Part shown: positions 37,988 to 47,365 of the stretch, piece after piece
How the letters are laid out: every line of letters begins with the position of its first letter
Position numbering within the stretch: the first letter of the stretch is position 1
Source: Leptospirales bacterium
Lineage (GTDB): Bacteria > Spirochaetota > Leptospiria > Turneriellales > JAOUFE01
Reading direction: 5' to 3'
DNA: 64,000 nucleotides
NCBI GenBank assembly: GCA_040326155.1
Contig: JBEQLE010000005.1
Coordinates: 1-64,000, forward strand
The notes under the pieces: model-generated
Told to the model about the DNA's origin: nothing
Database searches by the model: none
Seen by the model: the letters and a program-made list of their open reading frames with translations, nothing else
Translations under genes and position numbers: made by a program

Positions 37988-38019
37988 AAATGAGCCCTCC
38001 ATGGCTCATTTAATTTTTA
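37988..38019 (+). terminator. Intrinsic terminator
   Basis: AAATGAGCC-CTCCAT-GGCTCATTT followed by a T run. Confidence 0.7.
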
Positions 38020-38367
38020 CTACAGATTTCATCCGATAACAGATTTCAATCTGCCAATTGGCCGGGGCCAACTGGCCAACGGCTCGCGACCTGTTCGGTC
38101 GTTCGGGTCTCGCAAATAGCTCGACCACATTTTGGACCTGAAGATTTAGGTCGGATTCACGGGGTCAATGAACGCAGAGATTCGAAAAGCTCTCACATCG
38201 TGTGCTCACAAAATTATGCTTAATGAAATATGTTTGACTTTTCAATTGTATTATATAAATTTCTATATAATACCTGATACAACCGAATTAGATGGAAAAC
38301 TATTTAATTATATGTTATATATAAACAGATACGTGGCATGCAATAGTGAAGTAGAAAAAGGATTGTT

Positions 38368-39780
38368 ATGAAAAAATTATCAATTGGATTTAAAAATATT
38401 GCTTTAGTTAAAGAGATTGAATCTCCTGAAAACCCAGGTGGATTAGAAAAAAGAGTTGCTTTAACACCAGAAGATGTTGGGCAATTAACAGCCGTCGGGG
38501 TAAAAGTATTTGTTGAATATGGTGCAGGTCTAGGTGTAAATTTTGAAGATGAAGAATATCTTAAAAATGGTGCTGTGATGCAAAAAGCAGATGAGATATA
38601 CAAAGATAAAGATATGATTATTAAATTTAAAGGCCCATCTTTGCAGTCTATATCCAAGATGAAAAAAGGTTGTACTCTGTTTTGTATGGCACATTTTCAC
38701 TCATTCCCGGATAGAGCAAAAATCCTTGAGAAGTTTCAAATAAATGTTATAGCTATGGAAGAGATTCTTGAATCCCCAAAAGTACAAACCGATGAGCAGA
38801 TATTAGCACGGGTTGCGATGGCCGAAGCATTAAAAAGTTTTATTGATAATGAAACAATTGGAAATCTAAAAATATTTGTTATAGGCCGAAGTGAAAGACT
38901 AGCGGGCGCTATTAGAAGGGCAGGAAATCGCAATCCCCATTCACTAAATATTTTACATAAAGATGTAAAATTTGAAGAGTTAAAAGAAACAGGTAGAGAA
39001 ACTCTGTATGTTTATGATAGTGAAGGTTTTAATGATTCAAACAGACTAATTGAAAAATTAAAACAAAATAATTCATATATTTTTGATCTTCATAAATTTA
39101 AAGTAGAAAGTGGGGATGTGGCAATTGCTAATTATAGAAAAACACATACGCCTTTTGAATTTGGTTTGCGAAGAATTCAGTGTCTTCATGAAACAGGGCA
39201 AGCAGGTGCAAGGTATGGGATTAAACTACTTAAAGAAAATAAACCTCAAATAGATATCTGTGAAGCAAAAGTTGTTGTATTGGGTTATGGTAATGTAGCA
39301 AGGGGTGCAATGCATGAAATATATAATCAAGGTTTTAAAAATATCAATATTTTAGGTCGTACCCAAACAGCTAAAGATAAAATAGATTTTTGGTTAAAAG
39401 ATGTTGATTTGGTTGTAAATGGTGCAGAACTACCACGAGAACAAAGAGGTATCACTTATCTTGTAAGTAATGACCATCTAAAAAGAGTAATTCCCAAAGG
39501 CTCAGTTGTGATTGACCTTGTAGGTGGAAGTGAGACAAACAGAAGCGCTGTTGAATCCGTACTTAGCTGCACATTTTTAACGGAGCCTCATTTTATTAAA
39601 GAAGAAGTTACAGTTTCAGCATTGTGGGGTTGGCCAATGCTGGGAATGATGAGAGAGAGTGCTATAAAATATTCAAGTCAAATTACAGATGTTCTAATTA
39701 GAAGAGAAAAATTAATCGAAGGGATAGATACTTTAACAGCTGGCGTAAAACGAGCATTGGTTTGCGGACCATTTGAATAG
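38368..39780 (+). CDS. Alanine dehydrogenase/PNT-family NAD(P)-dependent oxidoreductase with an internal insertion
   Basis: KE..EKRVALTP..VFVEYGAG, KFKGP and FCMAHF motifs; Rossmann VVVLGYGNVARGA; GSVVIDL; 470 aa; visibly more AT-rich than flanking genes. Confidence 0.8.
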   Translation: MKKLSIGFKNIALVKEIESPENPGGLEKRVALTPEDVGQLTAVGVKVFVEYGAGLGVNFEDEEYLKNGAVMQKADEIYKDKDMIIKFKGPSLQSISKMKKGCTLFCMAHFHSFPDRAKILEKFQINVIAMEEILESPKVQTDEQILARVAMAEALKSFIDNETIGNLKIFVIGRSERLAGAIRRAGNRNPHSLNILHKDVKFEELKETGRETLYVYDSEGFNDSNRLIEKLKQNNSYIFDLHKFKVESGDVAIANYRKTHTPFEFGLRRIQCLHETGQAGARYGIKLLKENKPQIDICEAKVVVLGYGNVARGAMHEIYNQGFKNINILGRTQTAKDKIDFWLKDVDLVVNGAELPREQRGITYLVSNDHLKRVIPKGSVVIDLVGGSETNRSAVESVLSCTFLTEPHFIKEEVTVSALWGWPMLGMMRESAIKYSSQITDVLIRREKLIEGIDTLTAGVKRALVCGPFE

Positions 39781-39783
39781 GCA

Positions 39784-39812
39784 ATATATAACAAGTGCTT
39801 CAAATTGGATTC
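39784..39812 (+). other. Truncated attC-like left arm
   Basis: ATATATAAC-AAGTG-CTTCAA-ATTGGATTC begins 3 nt after the stop; it is complementary to GTTATATAT at 38314-38322. Confidence 0.45.
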
Positions 39813-40308
39813 GTGGCTACAAACCTAAGACTTCAGCAGAGGTAAAACGACAACCATCAGAACGCTCACGAAGTTCACGGCCCAATGTGCGATGACAGCG
39901 GTAACAGACGGCGGATGCGCAAATACACCATTAATAATGCGACTCCAGTAAGAAGACTTGATCCAAATCGGTAGACCGCCCAAACCGAGAAGCAAGTCCC
40001 GTCGAAGCTTTAGGCGCTGGAAACCGATCTTCCCTCTCTCTCTTTTCCTGCACTTCCTGCCTTCCTTACTAAAATTCTTTATTCGTTTTCCTGAAGATGA
40101 TACTTCAAAATAAAAAACAAATCTCTACCGCGGTCGAATTCCGAACTATGTACAGTTAACTGAATTTACATTTACACTTCGAAAAAACAGGTCTGGTATA
40201 CGGCCATATTTTCATATAAAGACTGGAAAAGATTTTTTCCTTGTTGTGTTGTTTCCAATTTTGACCATTGGGTTACGTGGATTTTATTTTTATGATTCGA
40301 GGAAACGA

Positions 40309-41577
40309 ATGGAACTGACCCAGGAAGAACGAGCATATATTCAACTGTTAGTGAAAGGGGCTGCTTCGGCGCAAATTGCCTTACGTCAGGTGGGAACCCT
40401 TCAAAAAAACGAGGCTATTGAAGGTTTAGCTGCGCTGCTTGATGAGAACAGAGCTAAGATTAAAATTGAGAATGCAGTTGATATTGAGTACGCGATACAA
40501 AACTCATACGCACAGTCCATGGTTGACCGGTTGTTGCTCGATGACAAAGCGATTGACTCTATTATAAAGTCGATGTTTGAAATTGCCGCCTTAAAAGACC
40601 CCGTAGGTGATGTCGTTTCGGGTACTGTTTTACCTAATGGATTAAATCTGCAAAAGGTTCGGGTACCGATTGGTGTGGTGACTATTATTTATGAGTCTAG
40701 ACCAAATGTTACTGTTGATGTAGGCGCTCTGGGTCTGAAATCTTCCAATGCTGTTATTTTGCGCGGCGGTAAAGAGGCTCTTCATAGTAATAAAATACTG
40801 GCTCGTATGTTTCAGAAGGCCCTTTCCGGAGCCTCCATACCGGTTGAAGCTGTTCAACTTGTTGAAAAAACCAACCGTAATTTAATGTATGGGCTTCTTC
40901 GAATGAAAGATCATATTGATCTGGTGGTACCTCGTGGTGGGTCCGGGCTTATTAACTATGTAACCGAAAACAGCCTCATACCTGTTGTAAAACACGACAA
41001 AGGCGTTTGCCATGTTTATATTCATCCAAGCGCAGAAAAAGAGATGGCCATAAAACTGGTTTTAAATTCAAAAGTAAAAAGACCCGGGGTGTGTAACGCC
41101 GCTGAAACCTTACTGCTCGATGAAAATTTTGAATTTTCCACAGAAGTATTAAACGCCCTGGCCGAAGCCGGTGTTACCTTAAGGGGCGATAAAAAAACCC
41201 AGGACCGGTTTTCTACATTTAATATGGAACCTCTTACCGAAGAGGGTTACGATAAAGAGTATTTGGGTCTGGAAATTTCAATTAAGGCTGTCGATAATCT
41301 TGAAGCGGCAATAGCCCATATTAATGAATATTCTTCTTCTCATTCAGAAGCCATTATAGCCCAGGATTTTACAGCTATAAACGTTTTTACCAAAAGCCTC
41401 GATTCTGCCGCTTTGTTTGTGAACGCTTCCACCTATTTTCATGACGGAGGACAATTTGGCTTTGGGGCCGAAGTCGGAATATCCACCGGAAAACTTCATT
41501 GTCGAGGACCGATGGGTCTTACCGATTTAACAACGACAAAATATATTGTGACCGGCAACGGGCAAATTCGCACATAA
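40309..41577 (+). CDS. proA: Gamma-glutamyl phosphate reductase
   Basis: VPIGVVTIIYESRPNVT, LRGGKEA, PRGG, CNAAETLL, VNAST and GAEVGISTGKLHCRGPMG motifs. Confidence 0.97.
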   Translation: MELTQEERAYIQLLVKGAASAQIALRQVGTLQKNEAIEGLAALLDENRAKIKIENAVDIEYAIQNSYAQSMVDRLLLDDKAIDSIIKSMFEIAALKDPVGDVVSGTVLPNGLNLQKVRVPIGVVTIIYESRPNVTVDVGALGLKSSNAVILRGGKEALHSNKILARMFQKALSGASIPVEAVQLVEKTNRNLMYGLLRMKDHIDLVVPRGGSGLINYVTENSLIPVVKHDKGVCHVYIHPSAEKEMAIKLVLNSKVKRPGVCNAAETLLLDENFEFSTEVLNALAEAGVTLRGDKKTQDRFSTFNMEPLTEEGYDKEYLGLEISIKAVDNLEAAIAHINEYSSSHSEAIIAQDFTAINVFTKSLDSAALFVNASTYFHDGGQFGFGAEVGISTGKLHCRGPMGLTDLTTTKYIVTGNGQIRT

Positions 41578-42197
41578 TGGCGACTGACACACCGCTCATT
41601 TTGTATGGCGGTACTTTTGACCCTCCCCATTTTGGGCATAAGAAAATTGCCGAATATGTGACCCAGAAAGTACCATATGAAAAAATGTTTATTGTACCGG
41701 CTTTTTCACCTCCGCATAAATTTGAACAAAAGACAACACCTTTTCAAGATCGTTTGAAAATGTTGCAATTGCTTTTTGATGATGTGGTTTTACCTGAAGT
41801 AGAAATATCTCCAATGGAGAAAGGACTGCCGGAACCCAGTTATACCTGGCGAACCCTGGAATATATGGAAAAACAATATCCCGGAAAAAAAATATCGATT
41901 GTCTTAGGCAACGATATGTATAACCAATTGCCGACATGGAATAATTATGAATTGCTGAGAAAAAAATACAGTTTTATTGTACTTGATCGCTCTCTCGGCA
42001 GTACTGAAAAAGATGGTCATGAAAAAGATGTTTTTTTGCAGAATCCGAAATGGGACACTTCCTCTCAGGTTATTCGAGCTGCGTATAAAACATATTACCA
42101 AACCCGGGAAATGCCGGAAGTTATAAAAAAATGGATACCGCCGACTATTCATGATTACATTTGCAATCATAATTTATATTCAGACCAGAGTTCATAA
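41577..42197 (+). CDS. nadD: Nicotinate-nucleotide adenylyltransferase
   Basis: YGGTFDPPHFGH, SPPHK, SYTWRTL and SSQVIR motifs; TAATG coupling to proA. Confidence 0.93.
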   Translation: MATDTPLILYGGTFDPPHFGHKKIAEYVTQKVPYEKMFIVPAFSPPHKFEQKTTPFQDRLKMLQLLFDDVVLPEVEISPMEKGLPEPSYTWRTLEYMEKQYPGKKISIVLGNDMYNQLPTWNNYELLRKKYSFIVLDRSLGSTEKDGHEKDVFLQNPKWDTSSQVIRAAYKTYYQTREMPEVIKKWIPPTIHDYICNHNLYSDQSS

Positions 42198-42214
42198 AAG
42201 GATAAGTACAGTTC

Positions 42215-44176
42215 ATGTCTAAAATAGATAGAGAAGGTCCATTTGATTGCATTGTTGTCGGCGGTGGCCATGCCGGGGTAGAAGCGTCTTCTATTGTTTC
42301 CCGCGCAGGTTATTCCGTTTTACTCTTGAGCTTAAATCTTGATGAAATTGCGCAAATGAGTTGCAACCCTGCGATTGGTGGTATAGCCAAAGGTCATATC
42401 GTCAGAGAAATTGACGCGCTCGGTGGTTTAATGGGTCAAATTATCGACCATACGGGAATTCATTACAAAATGTTAAACCTCTCGAAAGGCTCGGCGATGT
42501 GGTCGCCGCGAGCCCAGGCCGATAAATACCAGTACAAGCAATATGCAAAAAATATTTTAGAAAACAGTCCCAATTTGCAGTTGCGTCAAGACTCTGTTTG
42601 TGACCTGATTGTTGATAGTAAACAAAATAAAATTACCGGCGTTGTCACCGATCGGGGAAATAAGTATTATGCTTCTCACGTAATTTTAACAACCGGAACA
42701 TTCTTAAAAGGCAAAATTCATATTGGAGACCATACCTTTTCGGGTGGTCGCATTGGAGCGCAAAGCGCTGAACGTTTGTCTGGTTCTCTTGAAAAATTTG
42801 GCTTTGAAGTCAGTCGCCTGAAAACTGGAACACCCCCGCGTATTCATGCGGCAACCATGAATTTGAATAAACTTGAAGCGCAAGAACCAGATAAAGTTCC
42901 CCAGCCCTTTAGCTTTGCTTTTGAGTACGACCATGCCGCTTTACCACAAAAACAGATTCCCTGTTATATTACCTATACCACTGCAAAAACTAAAGAAATT
43001 GTAGAAAAGAATTTGTTACGCTCTGCTCTTTATGGCGGTAAAATTAAATCTGTCGGTCCTCGCTATTGTCCCTCTATTGAAGATAAAATTGTTCGTTTTG
43101 CAGATAAAGAGCGACACCAGATTTTTCTTGAACCCGAAGGGCTCGATACTAATGAAGTCTATGTTAACGGAATTTCGACGAGTCTACCCGAAGATGTGCA
43201 ATGGGAAATTGTAAACAGTATAATTGGGCTTGAAGACGCACAAATAATGCGTCCGGGTTATGCCATCGAGTATGACTTTTGCCCGCCAACCCAGCTTCAC
43301 CCCTGGCTGGAAACTAAAAAAGTCGAAGGGCTGTTTTTTGCTGGTCAAATAAATGGCACTACTGGTTATGAAGAAGCCGGAGCCCAGGGTTTAATGGCCG
43401 GGTATAATGTTATTCATAAAATTCGTAAAATGGACCCTCTGGTTTTGGGGCGAGACGAAGCCTATATTGGGGTTTTAATTGATGATTTAGTTACAAAAGG
43501 GGTCGAAGAACCCTATCGTATGTTCACCTCCAGAGCCGAATATCGTCTTTTCCTGCGTCAGGATAATGCTGATTTTCGTTTAATGAAATATCCCCATAAT
43601 GTTGGTCTGGACCGTGGTTTATATGCCCGAATGCAATCTCGGTATGAATGTTATAACGCTGTTAAAATCGCCATTGAAAAGACTAAAATATCGGAAGAAA
43701 TACTTGTTCTTCTGGGCAAAGCAAATATTGACATTCAAAAAGGACTACCTTTGAGTCATGTTTTTAAAAGACCCCAGGTACCCTCTGAAATTTCTATTGC
43801 CTTATTCGATTATATAACAAATTTTGACTCTTCTTTTTTATCAGAAATGGAAAAAATAAAGTTGTCTATGGATATCAAATATGAAGGATACGTCATTCGA
43901 GAAATGGTAAAAACCAAACGGCGGATGGAAGCGGTTGAAAAGATCATTCCTGAAGATATAGATTATGATGCCATCAACGGATTAAAAACAGAAGCCAGGG
44001 AAAAACTGAAGCGGGTTCGTCCTGTGAATTTAGGCCAGGCGGCTCGCATTAGCGGAGTAGATCCATCCGATATTGACATTGTACTTTTGAATATTTCGAA
44101 AGCCGCTAAACAAAATAAAGATGTTTCGAGAAAAAACGTCTTAAGTCAAAGCGGCAAAGTGAAAAATGAACAGTAA
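42215..44176 (+). CDS. mnmG: tRNA uridine-5-carboxymethylaminomethyl synthesis enzyme MnmG (GidA)
   Basis: GGGHAGVEA, MSCNPAIGG, RLKTGTPPR, GPRYCPSIEDK, GQINGTTGYEEA and EPYRMFTSRAE motifs. Confidence 0.98.
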   Translation: MSKIDREGPFDCIVVGGGHAGVEASSIVSRAGYSVLLLSLNLDEIAQMSCNPAIGGIAKGHIVREIDALGGLMGQIIDHTGIHYKMLNLSKGSAMWSPRAQADKYQYKQYAKNILENSPNLQLRQDSVCDLIVDSKQNKITGVVTDRGNKYYASHVILTTGTFLKGKIHIGDHTFSGGRIGAQSAERLSGSLEKFGFEVSRLKTGTPPRIHAATMNLNKLEAQEPDKVPQPFSFAFEYDHAALPQKQIPCYITYTTAKTKEIVEKNLLRSALYGGKIKSVGPRYCPSIEDKIVRFADKERHQIFLEPEGLDTNEVYVNGISTSLPEDVQWEIVNSIIGLEDAQIMRPGYAIEYDFCPPTQLHPWLETKKVEGLFFAGQINGTTGYEEAGAQGLMAGYNVIHKIRKMDPLVLGRDEAYIGVLIDDLVTKGVEEPYRMFTSRAEYRLFLRQDNADFRLMKYPHNVGLDRGLYARMQSRYECYNAVKIAIEKTKISEEILVLLGKANIDIQKGLPLSHVFKRPQVPSEISIALFDYITNFDSSFLSEMEKIKLSMDIKYEGYVIREMVKTKRRMEAVEKIIPEDIDYDAINGLKTEAREKLKRVRPVNLGQAARISGVDPSDIDIVLLNISKAAKQNKDVSRKNVLSQSGKVKNEQ

Positions 44177-44579
44177 AATTAAAGACGGCGATTTAGTTAA
44201 TCTATTATTTTTGTTTGCAGTTGCCGCAGTATTCACCTTATTTGTATTTATACACTTATGGAGAAATATTCAATTTGCAAATTTGAGTTATGACATTGAA
44301 ATATTAACGAAAGAGAAAAAGAAATTGTTTATGGAAGTCGAAGGGCTTCGTTTATCGATGGCAAATTATTCCAATATTATTCGAGTTGAAAAAATATTTC
44401 GCGAGGAGCTTGGTTATCTGCCGCTTGAAATCGGCAAACGTATTGTAACTTTAGAGTTGCCCAGTTTAAATCTTTCTCGCGAAGTTAAAGAAGAGAGTCA
44501 GATTAATTTATTAGAGCCAGTTATTAAACCTGACATTACTCCAGAAAATCTATCTGAAGAGGATAATACAAACCAATGA
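44166..44579 (+). CDS. FtsL-like bitopic membrane/coiled-coil protein
   Basis: One TM helix then a heptad coil ending RVEKIFREELG. Confidence 0.6.
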   Translation: MNSKIKDGDLVNLLFLFAVAAVFTLFVFIHLWRNIQFANLSYDIEILTKEKKKLFMEVEGLRLSMANYSNIIRVEKIFREELGYLPLEIGKRIVTLELPSLNLSREVKEESQINLLEPVIKPDITPENLSEEDNTNQ

Positions 44580-46546
44580 AATTTGATCTTCAATCCAAAT
44601 GGGAACCCGCCGGAGATCAACCCGCAGCGATTAAAACGGTTTCAAAAATGCTAAAAGAACCCAATGGAAAAAGTGTCCTAATGGGTGTTACCGGTTCGGG
44701 TAAAACAATGACAATGGCCCATGCTATAAGAAACCTGGGAAAACCGACTTTAATATTAACCCATAATAAAACTCTCGCAGCTCAACTCTACCGTGAATTT
44801 TGCGATTTTTTCCCCAATAATTCCGTTGAGTATTTCATTAGTTATTATGACTATTACCAACCCGAAGCATATATTCCGGTCTCCGATACTTATATTGAAA
44901 AAGATTCATCCATAAATGAAGAAATTGAAATGCTGCGACTGCGCGCTACGACTTCGTTGCTTGAAAAAGATGATGTAATCGTAGTTGCCTCTGTTAGTTG
45001 TATTTATGGTTTAGGCTCCCCGGAAGACTACGAGGGGGCGGTTCTGCTTTTACATAAAGGGCAAAATATTTCAAGAGAAGATGTCATTCTCAGTCTTGTC
45101 GGAATGCTCTATGAACGAAACGATGTTGAACTACAGCGCGGTAAATTTCGGGTAAGGGGAGATACAATTGAAGTTATCCCTCCTTATGCTATGGAGATTT
45201 TGCGTCTGGAATTTTATGGCGATGAGCTCGAAGCCATTCATAAAATAGATCGTGTTACCGGCAAATCGAATGAGTCGCTGAACAAAACGGCAATCTACCC
45301 CGCAAAACATTTTATAACGCCGCAACCTCGGTTAAAAGAGGCGATTTCATGTATTCGCGAAGAACTTGCCGAACAAGTAGAACATTTTAAACAGATTAAC
45401 AAACCGCTGGAAGCCGAACGAATTACACAACGTACAATGTACGACATGGAAATGCTGAAAGAGATGGGTTATTGCAATGGAATAGAAAATTATTCGCGTC
45501 AATTAATCGGTAGACAACCCGGCACGCGTCCCGCTTGTTTAATCGATTATTTCCCCAAAGATTTTTTAGTTATTGTAGATGAGAGTCATGTTTCTTTGCC
45601 ACAGGTACGCGGTATGTTCGCAGGTGATCGTTCCCGTAAAGAGACTCTGGTTGAGTTTGGTTTTCGCCTGCCTTCGGCGCTTGATAATCGACCATTGAAT
45701 TTCTCTGAATTTGAAGGACTTGCCAAAAATATACTTTATGTATCGGCGACCCCCTCTGAATATGAACTTAACATCGGGGGAACTCCCGTAGAACAAGTAA
45801 TTCGGCCAACGGGACTTCTAGACCCGATTGTGGAAGTTCGAAAAACAGAAGGTCAAGTTGATGACCTGGTCAAAGAAATAAATATTAGAGCAGAAAAATC
45901 AGAAAGAATTCTTGTCACAACTTTGACAAAAAAAATGTCTGAAGATTTAACAGACTATATGAGCGACCTGGGAATAAAAGTTCGATACATGCACTCCGAA
46001 ATTGAAGCCATTGAAAGAACAGAAATTCTCCGCGATCTGCGCAGAGGTGAATTTGACGTTTTAATTGGAATCAACTTATTAAGAGAAGGGCTTGATTTAC
46101 CGGAAGTCTCCCTCGTTGTTATTTTAGACGCAGACAAGGAAGGATTTTTACGCTCCAGGGTTTCTATGATTCAAACAATGGGCCGCGCCGCTCGTAATGC
46201 CAACGGCAGGGTTATTCTATATGCTGATAAAATGACCAACTCTATGCGACTGGCCATGGAAGAGACCTCTCGACGGCGAACCATACAAGACGAGCATAAT
46301 AAAAAACACAATATTACTCCCACCACGATACAAAAAGATGTTGTGGATATTCTCCAACGAACGATCGACCCTGAATCTGAACACGATTCGGTTTTAGACG
46401 CAATTCTCGACGAATACGACCCGAAAAAATTTAAGAATAAAAATAAATGGAAAGAGGTTATTCAAAAAGATATGCTTAAAGCTGCCGAAGAACTTGACTT
46501 TGAAAAAGCGGCGCTACTTCGCGACCTGATTTACTCGGACGATTGA
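44576..46546 (+). CDS. uvrB: Excinuclease ABC subunit B
   Basis: PAGDQP, GVTGSGKT, YYDYYQPEAY, DESH, GINLLREGLD and LDFEKAALLRD motifs. Confidence 0.98.
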   Translation: MKFDLQSKWEPAGDQPAAIKTVSKMLKEPNGKSVLMGVTGSGKTMTMAHAIRNLGKPTLILTHNKTLAAQLYREFCDFFPNNSVEYFISYYDYYQPEAYIPVSDTYIEKDSSINEEIEMLRLRATTSLLEKDDVIVVASVSCIYGLGSPEDYEGAVLLLHKGQNISREDVILSLVGMLYERNDVELQRGKFRVRGDTIEVIPPYAMEILRLEFYGDELEAIHKIDRVTGKSNESLNKTAIYPAKHFITPQPRLKEAISCIREELAEQVEHFKQINKPLEAERITQRTMYDMEMLKEMGYCNGIENYSRQLIGRQPGTRPACLIDYFPKDFLVIVDESHVSLPQVRGMFAGDRSRKETLVEFGFRLPSALDNRPLNFSEFEGLAKNILYVSATPSEYELNIGGTPVEQVIRPTGLLDPIVEVRKTEGQVDDLVKEINIRAEKSERILVTTLTKKMSEDLTDYMSDLGIKVRYMHSEIEAIERTEILRDLRRGEFDVLIGINLLREGLDLPEVSLVVILDADKEGFLRSRVSMIQTMGRAARNANGRVILYADKMTNSMRLAMEETSRRRTIQDEHNKKHNITPTTIQKDVVDILQRTIDPESEHDSVLDAILDEYDPKKFKNKNKWKEVIQKDMLKAAEELDFEKAALLRDLIYSDD

Positions 46547-46561
46547 TTTTTAAATTGAATG

Positions 46562-46722
46562 CTAGTGCTGTGACTGGATAGATGTTACATTAGCTTGTTT
46601 CAATATAATCTATCTAGTCACTGCTTAAGTCATAGACTCTGAGTGCAAAAGGCACTTCGAGTGGCGTTTCCACTTGAATTTGTGAAGCGGTAGCGGAAAA
46701 AATTAAAAAGACACGGCACTAG
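46562..46722. mobile_element. MITE-like element with CTAG ends
   Basis: CTAGTGCTGTG...CACGGCACTAG termini; non-coding; several internal hairpins. Confidence 0.65.
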
Positions 46723-46735
46723 ACTGCATTCGAGT

Positions 46736-47365
46736 TTAAATATTAGAGAGCAAACGTTTAAGCTGCTCATACCCTTTTTTTTCTTTTTGGGTTAAGCGAG
46801 ACGTTTTAACTTTGGCAAGCCACACCCTTGAAAGGCGATACAGATTAGATTCATAGGCTCGAAGGGGCCAGAACAAAAGAGAGCGCTTTGTCTTATTCGT
46901 CTTTTTGAAATTTTCATACTCCTTGTTCCATTTATCAAAGGTTTTTATTGTTTCCCAATCTGGTAAATTATGGGACGATTTTATATTCGAAATTTTTGTA
47001 TGCCAAAGGTATACTCCATCTTTAGAAAAAAAGTATAAGCCTATACTGTCTTTATTTAATTCGAGAGGAACTTTATCGTATACCGATAAAAAATTTTGCC
47101 AGGAGGAATCAATTTCTCGCACTTTGTCTGACCAGACGCTCTGGAATTTTTCAGGACGGTAGTATCTAAAGTTTTGTCTGTAATTGTCTAAATCTTTTGT
47201 ATCGAAATAGACTATAACTACTGGTGATTTTGTATTGTGGGGTTGAATAATCTGTTCGGATATGGACGAAAAAATCGGGCTAACTATAGCGAGCAGGGCG
47301 AGCAGCCAGACAACCTGTTTAGAGGTTTTATTATATGTGAATTCAGATGTATTCAATTGTATCAT
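46736..47365 (-). CDS. Hypothetical exported protein
   Basis: Likely start ATG 47365, overlapping the kdsD end; signal-like VVWLLALLAIVSPIFS. Confidence 0.7.
   Translation of the reverse strand: MIQLNTSEFTYNKTSKQVVWLLALLAIVSPIFSSISEQIIQPHNTKSPVVIVYFDTKDLDNYRQNFRYYRPEKFQSVWSDKVREIDSSWQNFLSVYDKVPLELNKDSIGLYFFSKDGVYLWHTKISNIKSSHNLPDWETIKTFDKWNKEYENFKKTNKTKRSLLFWPLRAYESNLYRLSRVWLAKVKTSRLTQKEKKGYEQLKRLLSNI

Larger units (their letters stand above)
32134..40068. mobile_element. Putative accessory island bounded by 24-bp imperfect inverted repeats
   Basis: Left arm TAAGGAAGGCAGGAAGGGCAAGAA (32134-32157) matches the reverse complement of 40045-40068, TAAGGAAGGCAGGAAGTGCAGGAA, with 2 mismatches. It encloses non-housekeeping genes and GC-rich relics; no mobility enzyme is visible. 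Confidence 0.5.
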
